A stretch of 64,000 bases of DNA from positions 725 to 64,724 of the forward strand of contig SGZJ01000004.1 of NCBI GenBank assembly GCA_004213995.1, written 5' to 3'. The translations under genes and the position numbers were made by a program. The stretch comes from Flavobacteriales bacterium (lineage in GTDB: Bacteria; Bacteroidota; Bacteroidia; Flavobacteriales; Flavobacteriaceae). The notes beneath the pieces were generated by a model. That model worked only from the letters and a program-made list of their open reading frames with translations, did not search any database and was not told the DNA's origin. Below, one piece after another: positions 35,315-46,561 of this stretch. Position 1 is the stretch's first letter, and each line of letters begins with the position of its first letter.

Positions 35315-37948
35315 ATGAGTGTTCTTCCCAATTATATTTCATCTGAAGTTGAACAAAAGTGGTATTCATATTGGTTAAAAAATAAATATTTTAGTTCTGA
35401 GCCTGATCACAGAGAACCATATACAATAGTTATTCCACCACCAAATATAACTGGGGTATTACATATGGGGCATATGCTTAATAATACTATTCAAGATATC
35501 TTAATTAGAAGAGCTAGACTACAAGGAAAAAATGCATGTTGGGTTCCTGGGACTGATCATGCTTCGATTGCTACTGAGGCAAAAGTAGTTGATAGTTTAA
35601 AAAAACAAGGAATTGTCAAAGAAGATTTAGATAGAGAAACTTTTTTAAAACACGCCTGGGAGTGGAAAGATAATTACGGTGGAATAATTTTAGATCAATT
35701 AAAAAAATTAGGTTGCTCTTGTGACTGGGACAGGACTAAATTTACTATGGATGATGACATGAGTAAGTCTGTTATTTCTACCTTTATTGATCTTCACAAT
35801 AAGGGACTTATCTATAAAGGTTATAGAATGGTAAATTGGGACCCAGAGGCTAGGACTACTCTTTCAGACGAAGAAGTTAATTATGTTGAGAGAAAAGATA
35901 ATTTATACTACATAAAATATAAAATAGAAAATGATGACAATTATATCACAATTGCTACAACTAGACCAGAAACTATCTTGGGTGACAGTGCAATTTGTGT
36001 TAACCCAAATGATAATAGATTTCATCATTTGAGAGGAAAACAAATTATAGTTCCTCTATGCAACAGATTAATTCCTGTAATTGAAGATGATTATGTAGAT
36101 ATAGAGTTTGGTACAGGATGTTTGAAAGTGACCCCTGCCCATGATTTAAATGATAAATTAATAGGTGAAAGACATAATCTTGAGGTAATAGATATTTTAA
36201 ACGATGATGCAACATTAAACAAACATGGATTAGAATTTGAAGGTAAAGATAGATTTATAGCAAGAAAAGAAATAATAGAAAAACTAACCAAGTTAGGTTT
36301 AGTAGATAAAATTGAAAAAATATCTCATAACGTTGGCATAAGTGAAAGAACTAGTGCTATTATAGAACCAAAGTTTAGTGATCAATGGTTTTTGAAAATG
36401 GAAGAATTAGTAAAGCCTGCAATTAAATCTGTTTTACAAGACAAAGAAATTAAATTATTTCCCAAGAAATTTGAAAACACTTATAAACACTGGTTAGAAA
36501 ATATAAGAGATTGGAATATTTCAAGACAGCTTTATTGGGGTCAACAAATACCTGCCTATTATTATGGAAAGGGCAAGAACGACTACGTAGTTGCTACTAA
36601 TATTCAGGATGCATTAAGTATTGCAATTGAAACAACTAAAAATAAAAATTTAAAAGTATCTGACTTAAAACAAGAGTCTGATGTTCTTGATACATGGTTT
36701 TCATCATGGCTTTGGCCAATAAGTGTTTTTGATGGTGTAAACAATCCTGATAATGATGAAATTAATTATTATTACCCAACAAATGATTTAGTCACCGGAC
36801 CTGATATTTTATTTTTTTGGGTTGCAAGAATGATTATTGCAGGCTATGAATTTAAAAAGACAAAACCATTTTCAAATATTTATTTGACTGGTTTAGTTAG
36901 AGATAAGCAGAGAAGAAAAATGAGTAAATCTTTAGGAAATTCTCCTGATGCATTAGAATTAATTAAAGATTATGGTGCAGACTCTGTTCGTGTAGGTTTA
37001 TTATTAAGTGCTTCTGCTGGAAATGATTTAATGTTTGATGAGTCATTATGTAAACAAGGTAAATCTTTTTCAAATAAAATATGGAATTCTTACAAATTAA
37101 TTAATGGTTGGTCTGTTGAGGATATTCAACAACCTGAACATAGTAAGCTATCAATTCAATGGTATGAAAACAAATTTCAATCAGTCCTAGTTGAAATAGA
37201 AGATCATTTTAATAAATACAGACTTAGTGATGCCTTAATGTGTATTTATAAATTAATTTGGGATGATTTTTGTTCATGGTTGTTAGAGCTAATTAAGCCT
37301 GGATATCAACAGCCAATAGATAAATTAACTTTTGATTCAATAATTAATATTTTTGAAAATAACTTAAGAATTCTTCATCCCTTTATGCCTTTTATTTCAG
37401 AAGAAATATGGCAAAATATTACAAAGAGATCAGTTGATAATGCATTAATAGTTTCAGATTGGCCCAAAGCAGAAAATGTTGATATAAGTATTATTAAGGA
37501 TTTTGATTTTACTTCACAAGTGATTAGTTCAATAAGAACTATTCGTAAAGAAAAAAGTATTTCTTTCAAAAACTCTATTGAATTACATGTTTTAAACAAT
37601 GAAAATATGAACACTAATTTAGATTCATTGATTATTAAGCTTTGTAATATTAGCAAACTGGTTTACACTAAAAATGAGGTTGAAAATTCTATTTCTTTTC
37701 GTGTAAAGTCCAATAACTATTATGTTCCTGTTAATAATAATATTAATGTAGATGAGGAAATCATAAAATTAAAAACAGAATTAAGTTATACAGAAGGTTT
37801 TTTAAATTCAGTTCGAAAAAAATTATCAAATACTCGTTTCGTTGAAAATGCCCCTGAAAAAGTAATTCAAATTGAAAAAGATAAAGAGCAAGATGCCTTG
37901 TCAAAAATTAAAGCAATTAAAGATTCTCTGAGCAGTTTTGAGGGATAA
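35315..37948 (+). CDS. valS: Valine--tRNA ligase
   Basis: 877 aa with the HIGH-type motif (PNITGVLHMGH), KMSKS, and a C-terminal coiled coil. Confidence 0.96.
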   Translation: MSVLPNYISSEVEQKWYSYWLKNKYFSSEPDHREPYTIVIPPPNITGVLHMGHMLNNTIQDILIRRARLQGKNACWVPGTDHASIATEAKVVDSLKKQGIVKEDLDRETFLKHAWEWKDNYGGIILDQLKKLGCSCDWDRTKFTMDDDMSKSVISTFIDLHNKGLIYKGYRMVNWDPEARTTLSDEEVNYVERKDNLYYIKYKIENDDNYITIATTRPETILGDSAICVNPNDNRFHHLRGKQIIVPLCNRLIPVIEDDYVDIEFGTGCLKVTPAHDLNDKLIGERHNLEVIDILNDDATLNKHGLEFEGKDRFIARKEIIEKLTKLGLVDKIEKISHNVGISERTSAIIEPKFSDQWFLKMEELVKPAIKSVLQDKEIKLFPKKFENTYKHWLENIRDWNISRQLYWGQQIPAYYYGKGKNDYVVATNIQDALSIAIETTKNKNLKVSDLKQESDVLDTWFSSWLWPISVFDGVNNPDNDEINYYYPTNDLVTGPDILFFWVARMIIAGYEFKKTKPFSNIYLTGLVRDKQRRKMSKSLGNSPDALELIKDYGADSVRVGLLLSASAGNDLMFDESLCKQGKSFSNKIWNSYKLINGWSVEDIQQPEHSKLSIQWYENKFQSVLVEIEDHFNKYRLSDALMCIYKLIWDDFCSWLLELIKPGYQQPIDKLTFDSIINIFENNLRILHPFMPFISEEIWQNITKRSVDNALIVSDWPKAENVDISIIKDFDFTSQVISSIRTIRKEKSISFKNSIELHVLNNENMNTNLDSLIIKLCNISKLVYTKNEVENSISFRVKSNNYYVPVNNNINVDEEIIKLKTELSYTEGFLNSVRKKLSNTRFVENAPEKVIQIEKDKEQDALSKIKAIKDSLSSFEG

Positions 37949-37949
37949 G

Positions 37950-38594
37950 TTAAACTATAGCTATTATGTCTTCAGCTCCCTTTACTTTTTGATTGAGACT
38001 AACATTAATTTTAGTATCTAAAGGTAGAAATAGGTCTACTCTTGATCCAAATTTTATAAAACCAGCATCATCACCTTGATTTACATAGCTAGATTCTTTT
38101 GCATAATTAATAATCCTTTTTGCTAATGCACCAGCGATTTGCCTGTATAAAATTTCGCCACAATTTTCATTTTTGACTACAATAGAAGTTCTTTCATTTT
38201 CAGTACTGGATTTTGGATGCCAAGCAACTAAATATTTACCTGGGTGATATTTAGAATATGTAACTTGTCCACCAATAGGATATCTGGTTACATGAACATT
38301 TATTGGAGACATAAATATACTAACTTGGATTCTTTTTTCTTTAAAGTATTCAGGCTCAAATACTTCTTCAATTACGACAACTTTACCATCAACTGGCGAT
38401 ACAATATTTTTATCTCCAAAATTTGTTATTCTTTTAGGATTTCTGAAAAATTGTAAAACAATTATTAATTGAATAATTAAAAATAACTGTATGTAGGTTT
38501 TATGTTGTATGGAAAAATAATCTAATAAAAGCGTTAAAATTACTACAGTAATGAAAGTTAATAATATAATTTTGTGACCTTCTTTATGAAACAT
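37950..38594 (-). CDS. psd: Phosphatidylserine decarboxylase proenzyme
   Basis: 214 aa with the FGSRV self-cleavage site near the C-terminus and an N-terminal TM helix. Confidence 0.9.
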   Translation of the reverse strand: MFHKEGHKIILLTFITVVILTLLLDYFSIQHKTYIQLFLIIQLIIVLQFFRNPKRITNFGDKNIVSPVDGKVVVIEEVFEPEYFKEKRIQVSIFMSPINVHVTRYPIGGQVTYSKYHPGKYLVAWHPKSSTENERTSIVVKNENCGEILYRQIAGALAKRIINYAKESSYVNQGDDAGFIKFGSRVDLFLPLDTKINVSLNQKVKGAEDIIAIV

Positions 38595-39408
38595 AATCTA
38601 AAAAAATTAAAAATAAATATATAAATGGCGATGCGAGTATTATACTGTCTAGCCTATCTAATAAACCACCATGACCTGGAAGAATTATTCCGCTATCTTT
38701 TACTTTAGCTTGTCTTTTATATTTGGATTCAATTAAATCACCAATAGTTCCAAAAACACTAACTATTATACTAATAAATAACCAATTTGAATTAGTTAAA
38801 GAAGAATCGGTAAAATAACTTATGGCATAACTACTTATACAAGTAAAAAATAATCCACCAAAAAAACCTTCAATTGTCTTGTTAGGTGATACGCTTTCAA
38901 ATAGTTTTTGCTTCCCAAAGTTTTTACCTATGGCATATGCAAAAGAGTCATTTACCCATGCTAAGACAAACACACCTAATATAATTCCTGAATTAAAATT
39001 TTCAAAGAACATGGGTATTAGAGCTATAAAAACAAAAGAACTCGATAGGTAAAATGTTGAAGCGATATAATTTCTGGCTATAAACTTTGGTAAATTCTTT
39101 TTAACAAAAAGATCTCTAATTAAAAATATTAATACAAAAACACTAAAGACTAAAAGAATATCTTTGCTTTCATTAAAAAATGAGTTACTGATTAAAGTGT
39201 ACTCAAAATATGTAAAATAAATATAAAGAAATGCGAATATTATATAAGAAATATTACTTCTTTGGTTCACTAATCGGCTAAATTCAACATTACATATAAT
39301 TCCAAAAGCAAATATTAAAATTATGAATGCTAATTGAGACTTTAGTGACAACAGAAATAATGATGCATAAATAAAACCAGAAATTGTTCTTTTTATAAGC
39401 TCTTTCAA
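38584..39408 (-). CDS. cdsA: Phosphatidate cytidylyltransferase
   Basis: CTP-transferase signature ESKYKRQAKVKDSGIILPGHGGLLDRLDS, in a polytopic protein. Confidence 0.92.
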   Translation of the reverse strand: MKELIKRTISGFIYASLFLLSLKSQLAFIILIFAFGIICNVEFSRLVNQRSNISYIIFAFLYIYFTYFEYTLISNSFFNESKDILLVFSVFVLIFLIRDLFVKKNLPKFIARNYIASTFYLSSSFVFIALIPMFFENFNSGIILGVFVLAWVNDSFAYAIGKNFGKQKLFESVSPNKTIEGFFGGLFFTCISSYAISYFTDSSLTNSNWLFISIIVSVFGTIGDLIESKYKRQAKVKDSGIILPGHGGLLDRLDSIILASPFIYLFLIFLDYVS

Positions 39409-39417
39409 TTTAAATAA

Positions 39418-40026
39418 TTATTGATTTTCTAATAGTATCAAATATAAGTTTTTTGAACTACTTCCATAGCTTAAAAAATCTTTATCATTACAATCTTTGA
39501 AATGTTTTAGATTTGTTATATTACTTGGAATTGAAGTGCCATTATTTTTAATTCCAGACAAGCCTTCGCTAATATTATTTATAAGTTGATCAGTTTTAGC
39601 TAAAATTATAATATCATCAGGAAGCTCACTTAGTTTTTTTTCAGCCACTTGGTTTGATGAAATTAAGATAGACCCATCATCTGCAATTAAATATTCACAA
39701 GTGGAAATAAGACACATAGTTTCATCTTTAGAATTTTCTGAAAAAGAATAATCTAAATTGAATCTATTTGATATTTCTTTATCTAGACTAAATAGACTGG
39801 ATTTTTCCCAACTATTTTCTTCTATGATAAGAGCTAAATTTTTATTTACTTCATTCTCATTTTCCGAGTATAAAAACTTACCCCCATTTTTGATAAAGTT
39901 TTGTACAAACCTGTTATCAGTAGGAGTTTCTATTTTTGGCATAAAACTACTTTTTTCATCTTTACCAGATGAAGAAGTTTTATTTGTTTGTTTGTTTGTT
40001 TTAAATATGTTTTTGAAAAAATTCAA
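39418..40026 (-). CDS. LUD-domain (LutC/YkgG-like) protein
   Basis: 202 aa. ..ADDGSILISS.. resembles the LUD family. It lies between ftsH and cdsA, as I recall for Flavobacteriia. Confidence 0.55.
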   Translation of the reverse strand: MNFFKNIFKTNKQTNKTSSSGKDEKSSFMPKIETPTDNRFVQNFIKNGGKFLYSENENEVNKNLALIIEENSWEKSSLFSLDKEISNRFNLDYSFSENSKDETMCLISTCEYLIADDGSILISSNQVAEKKLSELPDDIIILAKTDQLINNISEGLSGIKNNGTSIPSNITNLKHFKDCNDKDFLSYGSSSKNLYLILLENQ

Positions 40027-40055
40027 ATCAGAATTAGCTATAAATTACTTATAAT

Positions 40056-40063
40056 CAAATATA
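40056..40063 (-). promoter_or_regulatory. -7 promoter box (TATATTTG on the minus strand) upstream of the LUD-domain gene
   Basis: Plus-strand CAAATATA lies 29 nt upstream of the ATG at 40026. Confidence 0.35.
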
Positions 40064-40093
40064 TAAATTCAAATATTAAATAAATATAAATTA

Positions 40094-42016
<1,923 letters not shown>

Positions 42017-42027
42017 TTATTGTTTTT

Positions 42028-42399
42028 TTAATCTTTTGATTTGACTTTTGTTAATTTAGCATCTCCCCAAAGGCTTTCTATATCATAATATTCCCTTTTT
42101 TGCTTTTGAAAAACATGGACAACTACATTAATGTAATCCATTAAAACCCATTCTCCATTATCATTTCCTTCAATATTCCAAGGTTTATCTTTAAGTTCCT
42201 TACTAACGTGCTTTTGAATTGAAGCAACTATCGCATTTACTTGTGTGTTTGAATTTCCTTCACAAATAATAAAATAGTCACAAACAGTATTTTCTAGCTC
42301 ACGAAGATCTAATATGTTTATGTCTTTGCCTTTGATATTTTCTATTGCCTCAATTATACTGTAAATTAAGGAATCATCACTATTTTGTTTCTTAACCAC
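42028..42399 (-). CDS. rsfS: Ribosome silencing factor RsfS
   Basis: 123 aa with ..K..I..LD......DYFII..G.S..Q..A...W.L.D...VVVH.F. Confidence 0.9.
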   Translation of the reverse strand: MVKKQNSDDSLIYSIIEAIENIKGKDINILDLRELENTVCDYFIICEGNSNTQVNAIVASIQKHVSKELKDKPWNIEGNDNGEWVLMDYINVVVHVFQKQKREYYDIESLWGDAKLTKVKSKD

Positions 42400-42408
42400 T
42401 AATCGACT

Positions 42409-42416
42409 TATATTTG
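42409..42416 (+). promoter_or_regulatory. -7 promoter box (TATATTTG) upstream of birA
   Basis: An exact match 32 nt upstream of the ATG at 42449. It overlaps the ORF-track GTG start at 42416, which argues against that start. Confidence 0.4.
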
Positions 42417-42418
42417 TG

Positions 42419-42426
42419 CAAAGTTA
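42419..42426 (-). promoter_or_regulatory. -7 promoter box (TAACTTTG on the minus strand) upstream of rsfS-ftsH
   Basis: Plus-strand CAAAGTTA lies 19 nt upstream of the rsfS ATG at 42399 and 2 nt from the opposite-strand box. Confidence 0.4.
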
Positions 42427-42448
42427 TTATTTTTTTTACTTTAATTAC

Positions 42449-43180
42449 ATGAATATAATCAAACTTAGTGCCATTGATTCAACAAATGATTATTTAAAGA
42501 ATTTATTATTAAAAAATACTTTAGAAAATTATACAATAGTTACAGCAGAGTTTCAACATAAAGGAAAAGGACAAATGGGAGGTGAGTGGAAATCTGAACC
42601 CTCAAAAAACCTGATGTGCAGCATATATCTCAATAATTCAACTATTAAATTAAGTAATCAGTTTTCAATAAACATGGTTGTTTGTTTAGCTATTAAAAAA
42701 TCATTAAATAAATTTAATATTCCTCAACTTTCTGTCAAATGGCCTAACGACATAATGTCAGGAAGTTCAAAACTGTGTGGAGTATTAATTGAAAATATTG
42801 TTAAAAGTAAGTCGATACAAAATATTATTATTGGAATTGGATTGAATGTTAATCAAACGGAGTTCAATAACTTACCAAACGCTTCATCGATTAAACAAAT
42901 TAGCGGTAAACATTATAATACTGACGAAATACTTATTGAAATTGTAAAGGATATTAAATTTTATTTTAATTTTTTGAATAAAAAAAAACTTATTGAACTA
43001 CAAAAACTTTATGAGGCTAATTTGTATAGACTGAATAAAGTGTCAATGTTTAAACTTGCAGACTCAAATCTAGTTTCTGGATACATAAGAGGGATTAAAG
43101 AAGATGGTAGGTTGAAAATAATCATGGAAAATGATTTGGAAAAGGATTTTGGAATTAAAGAGATTTCTCTTGTCAATTAA
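42449..43180 (+). CDS. birA: Biotin--[acetyl-CoA-carboxylase] ligase (group I, no HTH domain)
   Basis: GKGQMGGEWKS corresponds to the GRGRxGRxW motif, together with ..KWPNDI... It begins MNIIKLSAIDSTN. Confidence 0.88.
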   Translation: MNIIKLSAIDSTNDYLKNLLLKNTLENYTIVTAEFQHKGKGQMGGEWKSEPSKNLMCSIYLNNSTIKLSNQFSINMVVCLAIKKSLNKFNIPQLSVKWPNDIMSGSSKLCGVLIENIVKSKSIQNIIIGIGLNVNQTEFNNLPNASSIKQISGKHYNTDEILIEIVKDIKFYFNFLNKKKLIELQKLYEANLYRLNKVSMFKLADSNLVSGYIRGIKEDGRLKIIMENDLEKDFGIKEISLVN

Positions 43181-43190
43181 TTTAATTTTT

Positions 43191-43826
43191 CTACCATTTA
43201 GATGGATTAGAATTCCAAGTCATAAGTTGTTTAAGCTCTTGAGAATTAATATAATTGTTTTTTAGTGCACATTCAATTAAAGTTTTGTAATTACTTAAAG
43301 TTTCTAATCTTAAATTTTCATTTTTAAAATTTTCAGTAGAGATGTCAAATCCATAAGTAAAAATAGCTACCATGCCTATAACTTCTATATTTTGATCACG
43401 TAATGCTCTGACTGCATTTATGCTACTTTTTCCTGTACTTATTAAATCTTCAATTACAACAACTTTTTGATTTTGTTCTATTTTTCCTTCAATCTGATTC
43501 TTTCTACCATGTTTTTTTGCCTCTGGCCTAACATATATGAAAGGTAAATTTAAAAAATCAGCTACTAACATTCCAATACCAATAGCCCCTGTTGCAACAC
43601 CAGCAATAACATCAGGTTTGCCAAATTTTTTAATTAAAAGACTAGATAATTCCTCCTTGATTTCATTCCTCACATTTGGATGGGATAAAACTGTTCTGTT
43701 ATCGCAATAAATTGGAGAATTCCAACCAGAAGCCCATTTAAATGGATTTTTAGGACTTAATTTGATAGCATTTATTTGTAATAAAATTTTAGCTATTTTT
43801 AATTCAGTATTATCAATTTGACTCAT
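43191..43826 (-). CDS. pyrE: Orotate phosphoribosyltransferase
   Basis: PRPP-binding loop VVVIEDLISTGKSS. I prefer the ATG at 43826 over the TTG at 43844. Confidence 0.9.
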   Translation of the reverse strand: MSQIDNTELKIAKILLQINAIKLSPKNPFKWASGWNSPIYCDNRTVLSHPNVRNEIKEELSSLLIKKFGKPDVIAGVATGAIGIGMLVADFLNLPFIYVRPEAKKHGRKNQIEGKIEQNQKVVVIEDLISTGKSSINAVRALRDQNIEVIGMVAIFTYGFDISTENFKNENLRLETLSNYKTLIECALKNNYINSQELKQLMTWNSNPSKW

Positions 43827-43852
43827 GTGTACAAAACTAATCAAAAATTAAT

Positions 43853-43860
43853 ATGTTTGT
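43853..43860 (+). promoter_or_regulatory. -7 promoter box (TATGTTTG) upstream of the NUDIX gene
   Basis: An exact match 17 nt upstream of the ATG at 43878. Confidence 0.35.
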
Positions 43861-43869
43861 ATTACAAAC

Positions 43870-43877
43870 AAATATAA
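43870..43877 (-). promoter_or_regulatory. -7 promoter box (TATATTTG on the minus strand) upstream of pyrE
   Basis: Plus-strand CAAATATA, divergent from the NUDIX promoter. Confidence 0.35.
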
Positions 43878-44459
43878 ATGTATCAAGTATTTTATAAAAA
43901 AAAAATTATTTTATTAACTGATGTTATTGATGAAGGGAAAGATTTAATATTGTTTCCAATCAAAGATGTTAAACTCAAAAAAATAATTAAATCTTTAAAT
44001 AAAAAAAATACAAATTCGGTGCATCTGTATCACAAAAACAAGGATAAGTTGTTAAAGTATTTTTTTAAATTAATTCCAACTGTAATTGCTGCTGGAGGTA
44101 AAATTACTAATTCAAAATCTGAAGTACTATTTATATTCAGAAATGAGAAATGGGATCTACCTAAGGGCAAGGCTGAAAAAAACGAACAATTACCTCAAAC
44201 TGCTTTGAGAGAAGTCAAGGAGGAGACAGGAATTGAAGAAGTTTCAATTAGTAAACCATTGGATATTACTTATCACATATTTCGAAGAAATGGTGAGTAT
44301 AAATTAAAAGTAACATACTGGTTTGATATGTTTAGTGATTACAAAGGAAAACTTTTTCCACAACTAGATGAAGGAATTACAGATGTAAGGTGGATTAAAA
44401 AGGGTGATTTGGAAAAGGTTAAAACAAACTCTTATCCGAACATAAGATTGCTTTTTTAA
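43878..44459 (+). CDS. NUDIX hydrolase
   Basis: Nudix box GKAEKNEQLPQTALREVKEETGI. Confidence 0.85.
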   Translation: MYQVFYKKKIILLTDVIDEGKDLILFPIKDVKLKKIIKSLNKKNTNSVHLYHKNKDKLLKYFFKLIPTVIAAGGKITNSKSEVLFIFRNEKWDLPKGKAEKNEQLPQTALREVKEETGIEEVSISKPLDITYHIFRRNGEYKLKVTYWFDMFSDYKGKLFPQLDEGITDVRWIKKGDLEKVKTNSYPNIRLLF

Positions 44460-44917
44460 AAGTAATCTTTTCTCACACAAGCTGGAACTAATTTTGTGTA
44501 ATCTCCATTATTTACAATTACTTCTCTTACAATTGAAGAAGATATGTAAGAGTTTTTAGCTGTTGTAAGGAAAAATACTGTGTCTATTTCTGTAAGTTTA
44601 TGATTGGTTTGTGCAATGGCTTTTTCAAATTCAAAATCTGCAGGGTTTCTCAAACCCCTGAGAATAAAATCTGCATTAACTTTTTTGCAAAAATCAACTG
44701 TTAATCCTTCATACTCCATTACTTTTATTTTAGATTCATTTATATAATGTGTTGAAATGAATTTTTTTCTTTCCTTTAAACTAAACATACTTTTTTTAGA
44801 TGAGTTTATGCCAATAGCTACTATAATTTCATCAAACAAATTAATACTACGATCAATTATGTCACAATGACCTAAAGTTAGTGGGTCAAATGATCCAGGA
44901 AATACAGCTCTTTTCAT
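44456..44917 (-). CDS. coaD: Pantetheine-phosphate adenylyltransferase
   Basis: AVFPGSFDPLTLGHCDII (the T/HxGH motif) and ..ISSS.VRE... 153 aa. Confidence 0.94.
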   Translation of the reverse strand: MKRAVFPGSFDPLTLGHCDIIDRSINLFDEIIVAIGINSSKKSMFSLKERKKFISTHYINESKIKVMEYEGLTVDFCKKVNADFILRGLRNPADFEFEKAIAQTNHKLTEIDTVFFLTTAKNSYISSSIVREVIVNNGDYTKLVPACVRKDYF

Positions 44918-44935
44918 ATTTCAAAATTATAAAAA

Positions 44936-45916
44936 TTAAATTAAAGCTTCCTCAATCAAACTCTCAAATAAATCTGTAAGAGTAATGCCTGCTAATTTGA
45001 CCTGTTGAGGTAGAATACTTTGTTTAGTCAACCCAGGTACTGTATTTACTTCTAACAAATAAGGAATTTCATTTTTAATAATAAACTCACTCCTTGATAA
45101 TCCTTTTAGTCCTATAGTTCTGTATATTTTTAATGACTCTTTTGTTACAATTGATTTCATTTTATTAGAAATTCTAGCAGGAGTAATTTCAGAAGATTTT
45201 CCCATATATTTTGCATCATAATCAAAGAAATCATTATCACTAACTATTTCAGTAATTGGTAAACAAATTGTTTTTCCCTGAAAATTAATAACTCCTACGG
45301 AAACCTCTATTCCATCTAATGAAGATTCAATTAGTACATTAGTATCCTCATTGAATGCTATTTTTATTGCATTTTCAAATTCTTCGCTTTTGTAAACTTT
45401 ACTTATTCCGTAACTACTACCACTTTTACTAGCTTTCACAAAGCATGGTAACCCTACTTTTTCAATTATTTTATCAACATCAACTTTATCATTAATACTT
45501 AAACTAATTGAATCTGCTGATTTTATATCAAACTCCTTTAAATAATTTAAACATTTAATTTTATCATAAGTTATCTTTGACTGAAAAGCATCACAGCCTG
45601 TTATTGGTATATTTAATTTTTCAAAATAACTTTGTATTTCACCATCTTCGCCAGGAGACCCGTGTATTGCATTAAATACACAATCAAACTGGATTAATGT
45701 ATTATTTAATTTTAAAGTAAAAGATTCTTTGTCTATAGTTGTTTCTTGATTTTTAGAATTAATATAAAACCAATTGTTTTTTAAAATTACAACTCTAAAA
45801 CAGTTAAATTTTTTTTTATCTAAAATATCAAATACTGCTTTTCCACTTTCCATGGAAATTTTATACTCACTTGAGTAACCTCCCATAATGATCGCAATAT
45901 TTTTTTTCATTTTCAC
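44936..45916 (-). CDS. ddl: D-alanine--D-alanine ligase
   Basis: 326 aa with an ATP-grasp fold (..HGSPGEDG..Q, ..EVNTVPG.T..S). Confidence 0.93.
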   Translation of the reverse strand: MKMKKNIAIIMGGYSSEYKISMESGKAVFDILDKKKFNCFRVVILKNNWFYINSKNQETTIDKESFTLKLNNTLIQFDCVFNAIHGSPGEDGEIQSYFEKLNIPITGCDAFQSKITYDKIKCLNYLKEFDIKSADSISLSINDKVDVDKIIEKVGLPCFVKASKSGSSYGISKVYKSEEFENAIKIAFNEDTNVLIESSLDGIEVSVGVINFQGKTICLPITEIVSDNDFFDYDAKYMGKSSEITPARISNKMKSIVTKESLKIYRTIGLKGLSRSEFIIKNEIPYLLEVNTVPGLTKQSILPQQVKLAGITLTDLFESLIEEALI

Positions 45917-45984
45917 TTTTTATTAAAAATATAAATTTATTTGTAAATCTTATTTGTATAAGAAAAAATAACTCTAAAAATGCT

Positions 45985-45992
45985 TAGTTTTG
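45985..45992 (+). promoter_or_regulatory. -7 promoter box (TAGTTTTG) upstream of the PASTA-rluD pair
   Basis: An exact match 17 nt upstream of the ATG at 46010. Confidence 0.35.
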
Positions 45993-46009
45993 CTAAATAA
46001 CAAATAATA

Positions 46010-46561
46010 ATGAGCTTAATTAAATTTTTATTCAGTTTAAAATTTTTTAAGCAGATTATATATATAATCTGCATAACAATTGTTTTGATTGTTATTAGTG
46101 TTATATCTTTAAGTTATATAACTATGCATGGAGAGTCAGTTAAAGTCCCAAATCTTATTGGAAAGACTTTAGATCAAGTTGATGTGGATTTAAAATCTTT
46201 AGACCTTAGCTTCGTCATATTAGATTCTGCTAGATATAATTCCTCATATAAACCTTTGTCAGTTATAGATCATCAACCAATTCCTGGTTCAAAGGTTAAG
46301 ATAAATAGAAAAATATATCTTACAATTAATCCATCTGGTTATAATGAAATTACTATTCCAAAAATAATCAGAACTACGATTCGACAAGCTACTCAAAGAT
46401 TAGAGTCTTCAGGTTTTGTGATTGGTGAAATAGAATATATAGATGATATTGGAAAAGACGAAATTATAGAAATTAGTCATAAAGGTGAAATGATTAATGA
46501 AGGAGATAAGTTGTTAAAAAATTCTGTGATTGATTTAACTTTAGGAAATGGAAAATTCTGA
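46010..46561 (+). CDS. PASTA-domain membrane protein
   Basis: N-terminal TM helix, then two PASTA-like repeats (VKVPNLIGKTLDQV.., ITIPKIIRTTIRQA..). Confidence 0.7.
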   Translation: MSLIKFLFSLKFFKQIIYIICITIVLIVISVISLSYITMHGESVKVPNLIGKTLDQVDVDLKSLDLSFVILDSARYNSSYKPLSVIDHQPIPGSKVKINRKIYLTINPSGYNEITIPKIIRTTIRQATQRLESSGFVIGEIEYIDDIGKDEIIEISHKGEMINEGDKLLKNSVIDLTLGNGKF

